DNA of 64,000 bases from NCBI GenBank assembly GCA_951406725.2, contig OX597821.1:105524001-105588000 (forward strand), written 5' to 3'. The stretch comes from Octopus vulgaris. Lineage: Eukaryota. The notes under the pieces are model-generated. The model ran no database searches. It was not told the origin of the DNA and saw nothing but the letters and a program-made list of their open reading frames with translations. Of this stretch, positions 27,009 through 40,951 are shown piece after piece. A program made the position numbers and the translations under genes. Numbering within the stretch: position 1 is the stretch's first letter; each line of letters begins with the position of its first letter.

Positions 27009-28545
27009 CGAGCATTATATAATGCTTAATGTTCAATATGAGCTGCAAGAGATAGAAGTTTCCCGAAAATATGTATTTAAATAATGTAGAATGGTAAAAA
27101 TGACACCAACAAATTCAGGATTTCAAAGCAGTTGAGGTAGTCTCATGATGCATCTAAAACTAATGCTGAGGTCTATTCTTACTATGATAACTCTACTGAG
27201 AAGTAATATTCAAAACTGGTCTGTAACTTACATTTACTAGAAAAGAAAACTTCAAAGAAAATAATTTATGCCTGAGATTTACAAATATATTAAGCAGCAA
27301 CAAAACGAATCAAGACGCGAAAGTATATTTAATGCTTTTTTTATTTATTTATTTTATTTTATTTAGTTTCAGCTCACAAGCTGTGGCCATGCTGGGGCAC
27401 CGCCATTTATTTGATTATTTGCTGAAATTTTTACAAATTTTCCTTATGTCAATCAGTGTAGTCATTGAGAAAATTTTCAATTCCATGTATATCATTGATA
27501 TCTTTTATACGAATATTGATTCCCTGAATAAAAAAATGTTCGCTAGTACTTTCATCTAATTGTGTATATCGATAACGTATGAAAGTATTGAACCTCCTTG
27601 TTTGGTTATATTAGATATGCTAAGTATCAAGAACAAGATATCTTTAGCAACTCACTCCTTCGAAAAGATTTCATCAAAATATCTAACAATGGCTAATCGT
27701 ATATGGAATATCATCAGTTGTTGTTGACATCGTTAGAAGAAAGACAAACACCAGGCTAACTATCTTGTCTCCTTATCAGATACATATTTGTAAGTTAGTA
27801 ATTTCGGAAATATTGCAATAACTTTGGGGGTGGATTATTAACATCTTTCGGTCGGTGGCACGGACAAAATATATTGCACATTTATTTAAGTTTTAACTGC
27901 TTAAGTGCAAAGCAAATCAGTGTTTTACCTTTCATAGATTAGGACCGATAAATACATATTAAGTCCAGCCATATGTCAATTTTACTATAAAACAAAATTT
28001 GCGCCCAACAGGAATTGAATTCCTATCTCATTAACATTTTATATATTTGCAACGACCTATATTTCTGAAACAGAACACACTTACAATCTCACGTGCCCGC
28101 TTACACACGTTTTCTTATTTTCTCATTATCTCCCGAAGAATTAGCCTGAAAATATATAACACAACAGTAATGAAATTTATACACTGCATTGACAATTTGA
28201 AGCATGTGTTGTTGCCTTAAAGATAAGTATTAGTCATGATAAGGAGAGTTTTATCTCAGGGTTCCTCACCCTCTTTTATGTGCTAACTAAATGACATTTC
28301 AAGTTAAGTCATTTGTCTATCAGCTTCTGAATAAATACAATGAAATAAAGATAAATCTATAGCAGAGCGGAGAATCGGAATACTGAGATATCGGCATAAA
28401 TGGTGCTTCCTTATTCATATAGATTTGAGTAGATAAAACAAAATTGGTTAAAAATATATATAAAGTAGTGTGGCTTTCGCCGCAAACTATATGTTTCATA
28501 CGGTATTTAATAACTCTTAATTATGGTAATGTAGAAGACGACAGC

Positions 28546-28880
28546 AATGTAATAAATATCATTTGGCGCCAGACTAGACTATGTATTTAGATAATTCTCT
28601 ATATGAACGATTACATATAGAAGGAGCTAGTGAAACATGAAGCATTCTTTTGACATAATCTACACATTCCTCAAACGAGAAAATACTCAGTATGTCAAAT
28701 TCGCCCAGTGCATCAACCTTGGTTCCCATATAGGGGATCGAATACACAAAACGGTCAAAAATATCGAAGACTGTTATCCTTAAACAACACTGGAATACAA
28801 CAGTGGAGATCTTGTAAAATCACCATCTGGCTGGCCTGGAAAATATAAATACATCTTCATGCATCTACCGAAACCAAAAT
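28546..28880. repeat. About 330-bp dispersed/direct repeat, copy 2
   Basis: Colinear with 23553-23875, with a small insertion near 28795. Confidence 0.85.
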
Positions 28881-30591
28881 TTTCTCGCCTTCTGAACTGC
28901 GCCTCTTTATTCATGATTTGTCAAAACAACCTTCCCGGATTTTAGATATTTTCTTTATCCTCGAATTTGTCAGCTTCAACAAGCCAATTTCTTTCTATTG
29001 TACTTAAATGTAACATTTACAATGTAATTTCTTACATATAGTGAGGCTAAAGCCTGGTATTTTGAATCATCAATCATTACTCATTATTCCAGTAAAGAGA
29101 ATAGCTTGAACCTACACAGAAAGACCACCTATAGCTTCAAAGTAGCAAAACCACCGGTGTTTCAAAAAATTAGAATATAGGGTCAAAAACAAACACGCTG
29201 CAAATCTCACTAATCTCTTTAATTTCCTACTCATTTTGGATCACGGTCAATTACGCTCCATTGCAATAAAGGCAATAGCTTGTCATACCAAGTTCATTAT
29301 TATTGTTCTCACATATAACATCTAATATGTAATAGATGGACAGAACAAACAATTTTAGTTTCTCTGGAAAATGTCATTTTTTTCTCACTCAGACAAATTA
29401 ACGCCTGTAGAATTATATTCACTGGAGACATTCCCATTTATGCCAGTCCTATGCGCTCTTTGCTTTACAAATCTTCAACGAAAGGAATTTTGTTGCTCTG
29501 GAGAATGCATACACAAAATTCATAGAAAAAAATCCTTTTAACCGATTCGGACACTAGGTTTTAATGTAATCGATGATTACCTCTTGGAAGCTACCAATAA
29601 TTTTGGGGTATAGCGTATCATAGAGGGTATGTCAGAGCTTCAATAAATTTTGACAATGTGTAAAGCTCAACTAAAGGTCACACCGACTTATTTCTCCTAC
29701 ATATGTAGTGACTCTGCTATTAAAAATAAAGACATCCAGATACGCCTCCGAAAAATCCCGGTTATCGTAATAACATAAAGACATTCAACGGAATAGCCAC
29801 AGAATCACACACAGAGGCATCATAATTTCCCTGTATCTCCTATAGGTATAGGTTACTTGGTAATTGATGGTGGGATACTTGGTCCATATAAGCACTTCCA
29901 AATTGTTCTCCTCTGCACGTCTTCCTACCACACACATACGCACATATAGCACACTCTTGCTTGTGTGCTCCACTGTGTACGTATGTGTTTATGTATGTGT
30001 ATGCTGTCAGTGTTCATGCGTCTGTGTTATGTATGCATGTATGGATGTATTTATTTGTATAGGTTTTTATGCCAAAAATGTGATAGAAACTGAAACAAAC
30101 ATGACCGAAAAAGAGAAGCATCAGTAAAATATGCAAAATTTTGAAAAACCTCTATTGAAGATTCATGCGTACACATACAACTAACAGGAAGCGTATCGCA
30201 TTTAATCTGTTGTTCTGTATAATTATTCGCTTAATTATAAGAAACAATAAAATGCCTCCGCTTCTCGTGTTACAGGAGGTTATTTTCTGTCTACTGTCAA
30301 TATTTAATATCGTACAATAAACGATTGCAGTAAGAAAATATTCTACTATAAATATATGCATAAACACACAAATATTAAATATACAATGAATAATGCATGG
30401 TGATAGCAAATGAAAATGTAAATAGCTGCAATATATTAGATCGCTTGTATCAGATTCAAGCCTTTATCTTTCTTTACTGGGCCACTATTCCAAAAGATAG
30501 AAAAAGACTTTTGTTTTTCTTTTTGAAATATCAAAACAGAATCAATAATATAAATAATAATATCAAATCCGAGAAATATGCTTAGTATTTC

Positions 30592-30662
<71 letters not shown>

Positions 30663-32024
30663 CTATATGTATTTGTATGTATATATCTGTATGTTTATGT
30701 ATTTGTTCATGTATATACATATATATATATATATACACAAACACATACACATACATGTAATTGCGTGTATATGTGATCTGCACCACCAGATAGAAGTATT
30801 CATTTGAATAAATAAATCAATCGTTTTGTATTATATGGTCTTAATCTAATTTATCTGTATCAAATAATTTTTTTCTGGATTGATGTACACATCAAATATA
30901 AAAGTACACAATTATTGTTATTTTACGCAGCTTTTTTCTCTTGCAATTTAGTTGAATCTAAATGGAAACTTTACTGAATAATTTTGTTGGAACAGAGAAC
31001 AATAACGATTTTTAAAAAATTAAATGTATAACAATAATACAAAGCAATATATCTGTATAGGAAGATAGTTTGAAACCACATTTAATTGTTAGTGATTTAA
31101 GCACAAGCCCAGTTAATCTGAAAAGGTGTCAGTCAACAGCAGGTTAATAAGTAAGTCATGGTACCATAATTATTGAAAGAAGCAGGTTTCAACGGCAATA
31201 TTTTCGGTGGAAGTAACTGCTAGAAGAAAATGCTTTGAAACATACCAGAATTCTGCCTGCCTAGTGAACTAATAGGAATACAATACTGCAATATGTATAA
31301 TTAGTACCATTATATCTCATTGTATTTAGTTAATTTTAGATAACGGCTATGCTCAAGTTCACTTATTCTACAACACTCACATCATTCACACAGCCTCGAA
31401 ACTCCCTCACATACTCATACACAGATGTATATATACATGCAGATGTATACATACATACATACATATATATATGCACACACACAGAAACACAGAGGCACAA
31501 ACAATGTTTCACAGCGTTTAAAGTACGCCATTTTAATCATCGGAGAGAAATACAGGACTAATGATATTTATATATATGTTGGTTCAAATTTAAACACCAA
31601 TATCTAGTGCAGAGTAAAAAGGGGATTTCCATAATTGAAGCATTGATGACATATTTTCACACACAACACTACAGATATCAGTCAAAATTCACTCATATCT
31701 CACAATAATGCTTTTAAAATTAAAATACGGGAAAGTGTTAAGTATCTTAGCATAGAATCTAACATATTATGAAATACGACAACAATAGATGGTTTCACTA
31801 GAGCTCAGCACAGTTGAAGCTATTCTCTGCATGATGATACTTTTGGAAAATAACGAAATTTAATGTTTAAACAAAGTATGTTAGAACACACCCGAACTTG
31901 TTTCAAAGTGTAAATGTAATTAAATCAGTCCGTGTTAGTTTTGTTGAGATGTTTCTCTGCCGGAGAAGGACACGTCTGATGTAACGCAAGCAACTTCGTT
32001 TACCAACATGCATGTACACATACG

Positions 32025-32090
<66 letters not shown>

Positions 32091-32209
32091 GAGTTGTGTA
32101 CAGAAATTCGGGGTGAGTACTTGATAATTGTAAGCACCTGTATATACTGTTTGGTGGTGTAGGTGGTGGAGTAAATTAATCAAAATAAAAACATGATGCC
32201 AAGGATTCA

Positions 32210-32287
32210 GCGGTACATATGTTTCGGGCCTTTATTAGACGGATTTATAACAATGCATAATGTGCGTCTGTGGCCTTCTTCAGCCGC
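32210..32287 (-). ncRNA. Type I hammerhead ribozyme with extended stem II (sense copy)
   Basis: Reverse complement of 34204-34281. Core intact. Confidence 0.85.
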
Positions 32288-34203
32288 GCACAACTACTTC
32301 TTCAAGGACATGTATTACATCAAAAATTCTTGGTTGGGGATGCAAATCCTCTCATTCGCGTACGACGTAATGCGGCAACAGCATAAAAATGAAGCGTCCA
32401 TCTCGTTCTTCTCTCAATGTAGAATGAGGAAGTTTGGATGTTGAAGTAATATAAATAAATTAATAAATAAATATACACATATATAAATATATAAATACAG
32501 ACAGACGTGAAGGAACCTGGTAATAAGAGCAAATAGAGATAAAGATGGAGGGGCGAGAATTCAGGACGAAGGATAAAAAATATATAAAAAGTGTAAGTAT
32601 AGAAAAATATAAAAATGTAGAGTATAAAGATATAAAGAGATATAAATGAATATAAAAAAATATAAATGAATATAAAGGTATAAAGTTATAAAAATAAAAA
32701 TAAAAATAATAAAAAGTGTAAAAGAATATAAGGATAAGGGATATATAGTAGTTACGGACCAAACATGGTGGTCAGGAAAATGACAAATTCTGGTTGTAGA
32801 AGTCTTGGGTGTCATAAATCAATCGGGGCGTCTGGGGACCTAGTATATTGTAAATTAGAGTTGTTGAGCAGCTTATCTAGTTCTTCGTAACGTATTAAAT
32901 GGTCATCGTGTACATACGCACCCGCATGGATACATACACCCATATACACGCGCACATATACGCACGCATACGCAGCTACACGCATACAAGCATACATGCG
33001 TACTCACGTGTAAACATATACAGATATATATGGAAAAAGGCGCATGTAGTTGGATACACGAACCGACGCGCACGCGTACGTACATACATACACTCTCATG
33101 CGTTCATATAGGCACACTCGCACTTACACGCATTTACAAGACGAAGTGAATCCCTATGCGTGTGGGCAGGAATATGTATACACCTGCACTCGCGTCCACC
33201 CCCACGCACATGGGGCAGTAGATCCCTATGTCTATACACAAAGGTATGCATATGCACAGACACAGGTATAACAAAAGAATCCGTTCTTGCACGCGGGCAA
33301 GATACGGAGTCATAGTGGGTACATTAGGTAGACATGAACGTAAGAAATTGGCGGGCAAAAGATTTTAACAGAGTATGCATATATATACACAGACAGTATA
33401 CATATTCCTGCCCACACGCATAGGGATTCACTTCGTCTTGTAAATGCGTGTAAGTGCAAGTTTGCCTATATGAACGCAAGAGAGTGTATGTATGTACGTA
33501 CGCGTGCGCGTCGGTTCGTGTATCCAACTACATGCGCCTTTTTCCATATATATCTGTATATGTTTACACGTGAGTACGTATGTATGCTTGTATGCGTGTA
33601 GCTGCGTATGCGTGCGTATATCTGCGCGTGTATATGGGCGTATGTATCCATGCGGGTGCGTATGTACACGATGACCATTTAATACGTTACGAAGAACTAG
33701 ATAAGCTGCTCAACAACTCTAATTTACAATACACTAGGTCCCCAGACGCCCCGATTGATTTATGACACCCAAGACTTCTACAACCAGAATTTGTCATTTT
33801 CCTGACCACCATGTTTGGTCCGTAACTATATATCCCTTATCCTTATATTCTTTTACACTTTTTATTATTTTTATTTTTATAACTTTATACCTTTATATTC
33901 ATTTATATTTTTTATCCTTCGTCCTGAATTCTCGCCCCTCCATCTTTATCTCTATTTGCTCTTATTACCAGGTTCCTTCACGTCTGTCTGTATTTATATA
34001 TTTATATATGTGTATATTTATTTATTAATTTATTTATATTACTTCAACATCCAAACTTCCTCATTCTACATTGAGAGAAGAACGAGATGGACTCTTCATT
34101 TTTTTTATGCTGTTGCCGCATTGTGTCGTACGCGAATGAGAGGATTTGCATCCCCAACCAAGAATTTTTCATGTAATACATGTCCTTGAAGAAGTAGTTT
34201 TGC

Positions 34204-34281
34204 GCGGCTGAAGAAGGCCACAGACGCACATTATGCATTGTTATAAATCTGTCTAATAAAGGCCCGAAACATATGTACCGC
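34204..34281 (+). ncRNA. Type I hammerhead ribozyme with extended stem II (inverted copy)
   Basis: GCGG CTGAAGA aGGCC-[about 41 nt]-GGCCc GAAAC ATAT GTA CCGC. Stem I GCGG/CCGC, palindromic stem III ACAUAUGU. Confidence 0.87.
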
Positions 34282-34385
34282 TGAATCATTGGCATCATGT
34301 TTTTATTTTGATTAATATATATATATATATATGAACGTATGTGTACATGCATGCTGGTAAACGCACGCACACACACACATGTATA

Positions 34386-34457
<72 letters not shown>

Positions 34458-35760
34458 TATACAAGCCTTGATTTCGGGCTATTTCTGCCACTCTCGTCTG
34501 CTAGAGAGGATAGTAGCTCGACTCTGCTCGCAATATATATATTTCAAGCGAACAAGCAAATGCCTGTTTTGCAACAAGCAAAAAAATGCCAGTTCTAAAA
34601 TCTCTCTCTAAGATATTAACGCAGTAGTTGTAATGACAAGTAATATTCGTAGCCACTTCAGCATGGCTGTCCGCTCGAACAGACTCTATTGCGATTTTTT
34701 AATATATACTATTTGATTGCTAATTGTTCTACAACCCACAAAGGTACCATTCAGCCAAGTGAATCTCCGTCAAGTTTGAAATTGATCAGAATAAAAAGTA
34801 ACCATAATAGATTCATGTAATAATACTGTATTTTGATTGAGATAGAGCGATACATTTAAATTGTTTCCAAATTATTTTAAAATTGCAAATTCATCCAGTC
34901 AGCGTTTACGTTTTTTGTTATATTCCTCGTTAATAATACAATTGCGTATTTGTGTGTGTGTGTGTGTGTCTATTTGATTGCATGTGTACTTATGCATGTG
35001 GGATTGGGTGTATGCGTACACGCGCTTGTAAGTGTGTGTGTTTGAGTCTGAATGTAATTGAGTAGGTATTTGCTTTGGTGGGTACATTTCCTGTCGGTGT
35101 GTATTATTAATTGACATCATGATAGTATATACAACCTTGATATTCGGCCCAGATAAGAAACAAAAATGCAATGTGAGCTGGTCGAACACGAATGTCATTC
35201 TGAATTTAATCATAATATTTTTCTCACATATTTACAAATTGAAACGTAAAGTAGTCATTTGAAATGATTTTGTATGCAACTAGAATGCTGGTCAAGCAAT
35301 CACATATTTTAATTTCTTGGTTCATGGCATGAAATGAAAAATGCTCTTATGTGAGTCCTATATATTAACTGATTTAATTTTGTTTCTATGGCTTAATCCC
35401 AGAGGAAACGCTCCAGTAAATAACCAGAGGTAATAGCAACCATTCCTCTCGCATACACTTTATTTAGGATCAGATTTTCCATTGTGGCACTTTTGCAGCT
35501 ACACGGAATAGATTACGAGAGATATTTACTGCTATTTCTACGGCGTAAGGAACCGAACAAAACATCCTGATACGATGCATATCAGCAATTTATTCACGTG
35601 AATGGAAATCTAGCGTGTGGGAAATGTCTGTCGCGTGACGTCCTCAACTGCAATCATTATTATGCGATACGTGATTTATTTCAAATGTAATGTAATATTT
35701 ATTGAATTAGTTCCTCAGCAACATCTTTTAGCTTTAATTGTACTATTACTATTACTGTTA

Positions 35761-35878
<118 letters not shown>

Positions 35879-37940
35879 TACTACTACTACTACTATTATC
35901 ATTATTATTATTTTTATGTTGTTGTTGTCTGTATGCAAAATCTACCGGTCTTTCATTTTGTTTATTATCTTGATATTTCTATTATTTGACATGCTATATA
36001 TGTGACAATGTGTTGTGTAGAATTACATAGTAATTATACTGGCTGAATTATGTGTTTGTCCTTATGTTTTTCGTTTATTTAAATAGCTCGTTTTTTTTAT
36101 AGAGTTTGATTCGCGTTTGTATCGTTTCTTATTGAGCTGTGGATAGAATCAAGCTTAGGAAAATCTATATTAGAATGTATGAGTTAATCCCATTCTCTCT
36201 CTGCCTCTGCCACTGTATCTATCTTTTTCTGTGTCTCTTCATTGATATTGTGCTATAATTGTGTTGTACAACGAATCTAATGCAAAACGTAAGGGCTAAC
36301 ATACCCACCTTTCCTTCGCTTCTCCTCTGTCTTTCTTTTTCTTCCTCTTTTGATATTCCAAATTTGTCGCAACTGCATTTTGGAACGTTAATTTTATTTT
36401 TCTGCAATACCATAATCAGTTTAGTTGTCGTAATATTCAATAAGTTGAGATTTTTTATTTATCTTTTCGGAGCATCTATTACGCTTCAAAAAAAGAAGAA
36501 AAAAAAGCTTTAACTGAAATTTTAGTTTTTAATTCATCAAGTGCGTCTTAACATAATTTGCGTTCTGCGTGGAAAGTAGAACGCTTCTGCTTTTTATATA
36601 TTCAATCTCATCAATGACTGTATCAAAAAACTGCTTTTCGTGAAAGATCAAAGTAAATTACAAAATATATAATACAGTATTTGCCAAATGAATTTATTTT
36701 GAAAGCGCATAAGCAATTTGATTAGTAACTGAATCGAGATAAAATTCATTGAAGTGACGGTCGAATCCCAAACATTTCAGGAAAACTTTGCATTTTGTCT
36801 ATAAATCCCTAGTGATATATTCGTTTCCTACGCAGATGAGTAAATGTAGACTCAGTTAAACTGTTGAAGTTATTTTCTGAGTGATAGTACCTACGTCGAG
36901 ATATGAAGTTTAAAATTTACGCAAATTACCTCAGCATAAAATCGAACATGTGTCCTGAAATATAACAAAGATGTGTTGTGTCACTTGTGGTGAGGATACG
37001 TGAAGCTATTATCAGCACGATGACAATTTTGTAGAATTATGAAGTTAAAAATTTAGACTAAGTATATTAGTACAAAATCAAACTTGGTTCAAAACTGAAA
37101 GAAACCCTAGATATTTGAGTTAGTCTCATTCAACTAGCATTTCTATATGGAGACACGATGTCCTGTATGCTCACAATAATGCATTATATTTGAAACTGAA
37201 AAAAAAAATTACCACACAATATGGCATCGTTATTCCCTATTTACATTATTGTTTTCTCCCTAGAAATATTTGATTTTCTCTTTCACTACTTCATTTCCCT
37301 TCTCAATTGAATTCCTTTCATGAAATAAGCTATCTGACGTCAATGGATTTGTACGTACTGTCAAGGGAATATAGATGCTTGTTGATTATATTAATGTTTT
37401 CGTATCTTTATTTTTTATGATAGCAAGGTTTTCTTTTTAAACCAGATTATATACCTGTCTACTTTATGAACGTATCATTGTGATGAAGAATGTAAAACAT
37501 AAGATATAAATGCGTCTTCTATTTCCTCCTATTTTATCAGTTATTCTATACTCATTACTGGGATAATTATATATTTATTAGTAAAGGAATACCTGTCATT
37601 CAAATGTAATTGAATTTGTTTTGAATAGAGCATACGCAAGTGTTTAGCATACTTCACACAGAAAACAATCATTTTATTTATTTTAGCAAATAGAAGATGC
37701 AACTATGTAGAAAATTGGGTCGAGCGTGCACACAATTTTTGCTTTTATTTAAAGGAGAAAAAATAATCTTTATTATAGGAAATCCTTAAAAATTGTGTTT
37801 TGTTCTATCACGTATTTGACATTTAACATATAAGAGATATACTATTACACTTATACTGATGGACCTTTCACGCTAAGTTGTCTCCAACATATTAGTGTAG
37901 GAACGACTAAAATATTAAATTAGTCAGCAAGCACAGACGT

Positions 37941-37998
<58 letters not shown>

Positions 37999-38149
37999 TT
38001 GGAGGTAATGTACTGGTATTATATATTAAAAAAAATAACGTACTCAGAAATCTGGATGATTGTACATTTACCGATTTTTACTAATATGTCACATGTTTTT
38101 ATAAATCATATATTAGCGCTTGAATCTACTCTATTAGATTTTGCAGATG

Positions 38150-38200
<51 letters not shown>

Positions 38201-40165
38201 TAGCATACATTTTAATTGAAATTTTAATTGAAACTTACATTGTGGTAATAATATGAACATATGTGAGGAACAATGTAAAATGTGATATAAATGTATATTC
38301 CATTATCTCCATTCTCGTATACCATATATTCTATACACATTACTCGGATAATTATACATGTATTAATTAACTTGATCGGTATACGTCTTATTAGTTGCTT
38401 AGATAATTAGTGAAAGTTAAAACAACATCTTCCGACCTGCTCCGAATTGATTTACGCTGGAAATATCCTTTAGCATATAGCGTATTTCTGAATAACTTAT
38501 AGAATGATTATATTTTGACAGATTACTTCAAGCATGTAACCTACGCTGAATTTTAAATTAACCTGAAGATTTGAGTATGTAGAATTAGAATAGCTGATGA
38601 AGTATTCATGGGGCAATATGAAGCAATGATACAAACGTAATGCTAGAGTTCGGGAATTCAGTCGTGTTTTCAAAGCATTGCCTGATACACACGCATACGC
38701 CCGCAGTGGCACAACCGCACACACCACACACGCACACACATGCACACGGACACACACCCACCTATACCTAAACACGTATAGCGTACTATTCCGTGACGGC
38801 AAGTTCAAGTAAAACGTTCTCCATTTGGTGAGCGATAAATAGTATTTAATAAACGCAATATGATTTTCCGAGCTACTATTAGTTTCATGCGGTCAAAGCA
38901 GCGCAGATGGCATTTATTGACACGTCTAGTGCGTTAGCGCAATCCTCAGAATTTGACAACGTGGCATAAAATTTTTTAAATAGGACGATAGGATAAGAGA
39001 AAAATAAAACGAAAAAAGGTGAGTAAGGGGTAGATGCACAAGGTGAAATTTGAGAAAACGGAAAACGGAAATAGTAACAAACAAAAAAAGATAGAATTAG
39101 AGTTGTGTCCCCTTTAACCGTAAATTCAAAATGCTGAAAGGATAATCTCCTAGAGACTGTAGTACAGGTGCTCAATTCGAGGAGGGTGATACTTTCCAAT
39201 ACGGCAACAGGAATTTGGGCATAAGCTTACAACTGTTGAAAATTTCAGAGCTGGTATTCAGCAGTGAGGTACATTCCTTAAATCTGAAAAGTTTGTGTTC
39301 TTTCAATTACGAGTAGATTACACGTTTTCGACTATTTTACACCTTATTGTATGTAGTGTGATGTTAAACTTAGAAATAAAAGTGTCCATAGGCGAAAAAT
39401 TGATCGAAATCAGATTGTTGAACATACTACATAAAATTATAAATATATTTATGTTATTTGCTACACAACATCTTACATCGTACCTCACAAATGTACACGA
39501 GTGCTGTAGGGAAATACATAGCTGAAAGTACGATGATTCAATGACAATGAATGATGAAATGCATTTCAATATGCATACCTAAGTATAAATTTCATGTTTA
39601 GAATATTATGCTGCTACAATAGAAAGGGGTGCAGGAGAGACAAGAGTGTTAAGGTGTGGAAAATAATATCTCGCATTTTTTGTTTCGGAAATTTGCGTTC
39701 AAATCTGAGAGGAGCGACTTTGTCTGTCAAACCATCAGTCAAGCCGGTACAAATCATGAACCATTGTAAAACCGGAATCAAAGTATTCATTTAACCTCTT
39801 CTCCTCAAACTAGCTGTCTATAGACTATACCAGGAACCAATTTTGGGTTTCATTAAAATGTGTGGCAAAATGCGTGAAAAATTACCTCACACTTTACTCC
39901 TTTCTGCTACAGGGAAAAGGACACACTTCTTGGAGAGGTTGGGGTTGGTAGTTTACATCAAAATTCGAGCATAACTGATATGTATTTCATCGATATTGAA
40001 AGAATGAAACGCAAAGTCAGACTCGGTGTCATTTGAATTCCAAATATAATGACTGATGAAAAGGCACTAATTTTTTGTCCGGCGAACTTCACGATTTTTG
40101 CCAACTTGTCAACAGAAATTTTAACAACATATATTGAATACGCCCAAACACACTTACACACACAC

Positions 40166-40253
<88 letters not shown>

Positions 40254-40443
40254 TACAAAATTAGAGAATGGAGAAACATACTTAAATCAATAAAACATCA
40301 ACTATCCGATGATACCCAATCAATACTTTAATACACCATTACATATGAGTAGAGGCATTATACAAAAAGAGATATACATTAATAGTAAAAAGATAAAGAG
40401 ATATAAGTAAAAAATTTCAAATATAATATGCAATTAATCAAAA

Positions 40444-40551
40444 CTGACAGCTGTTTCGGCAGTGAGTGCAGTCATACCTCATTTAACCTATAAGCCATAA
40501 AGGCAGGTATAAATGAGGCATTAACAAGGATGCCCCACGGCCTCTTCAGAG
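40444..40551 (-). ncRNA. Hammerhead ribozyme with about 80-nt structured insertion in stem II
   Basis: Minus strand: CU CUGAAGA GGC-[..CCUCAUUUA-uACCU..AGGU-UAAAUGAGG..]-GCC GAAAC AGCU GUC AG. Palindromic stem III ACAGCUGU. Stem I is short. Confidence 0.75.
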
Positions 40552-40893
40552 AATTAAATTAAATTTGTTATAATTGTGAAAAATATTATATAATCATATA
40601 CATATAAATATAAAAATATAAAAATGTAAAATATAAAAACTTATACATCATAATGCTACACTTATATAATATAATACACATTGGTACATTAAAGGAAGGT
40701 AAACAGAACAAAATAAAACAAAATATATATCAGTGTATATATTAATATTAATAAGTACCGATATTATACATATTTGGCTAATATTTTTTTTTAAAAAAAC
40801 CTAACACATAGGGAGATGAAAAATAATAATTAAAACCATGGTTCAGTTCATAAAATTCTAAAGCTATAAAAGTTAATAAAAATTACTATTAAT

Positions 40894-40951
<58 letters not shown>

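Larger units (their letters stand above)
32087..34316 (-). mobile_element. 2.2-kb non-coding fold-back element (PLE-type 3' region) in (TA)n
   Basis: Arm 32175-33181 is the reverse complement of 33396-34316 (few substitutions, some indels). Spacer about 214 bp. Tail 32087-32174 on the left. (TA)n on both flanks. Hammerhead in each arm. Confidence 0.85.

Noticed and set aside
38880-39270. Possible host exons (AAG|GTGAGT at 39019; short open stretch at about 39154-39268)
   Set aside because: Isolated splice-like motifs also occur by chance elsewhere in the window. No supportable protein similarity.
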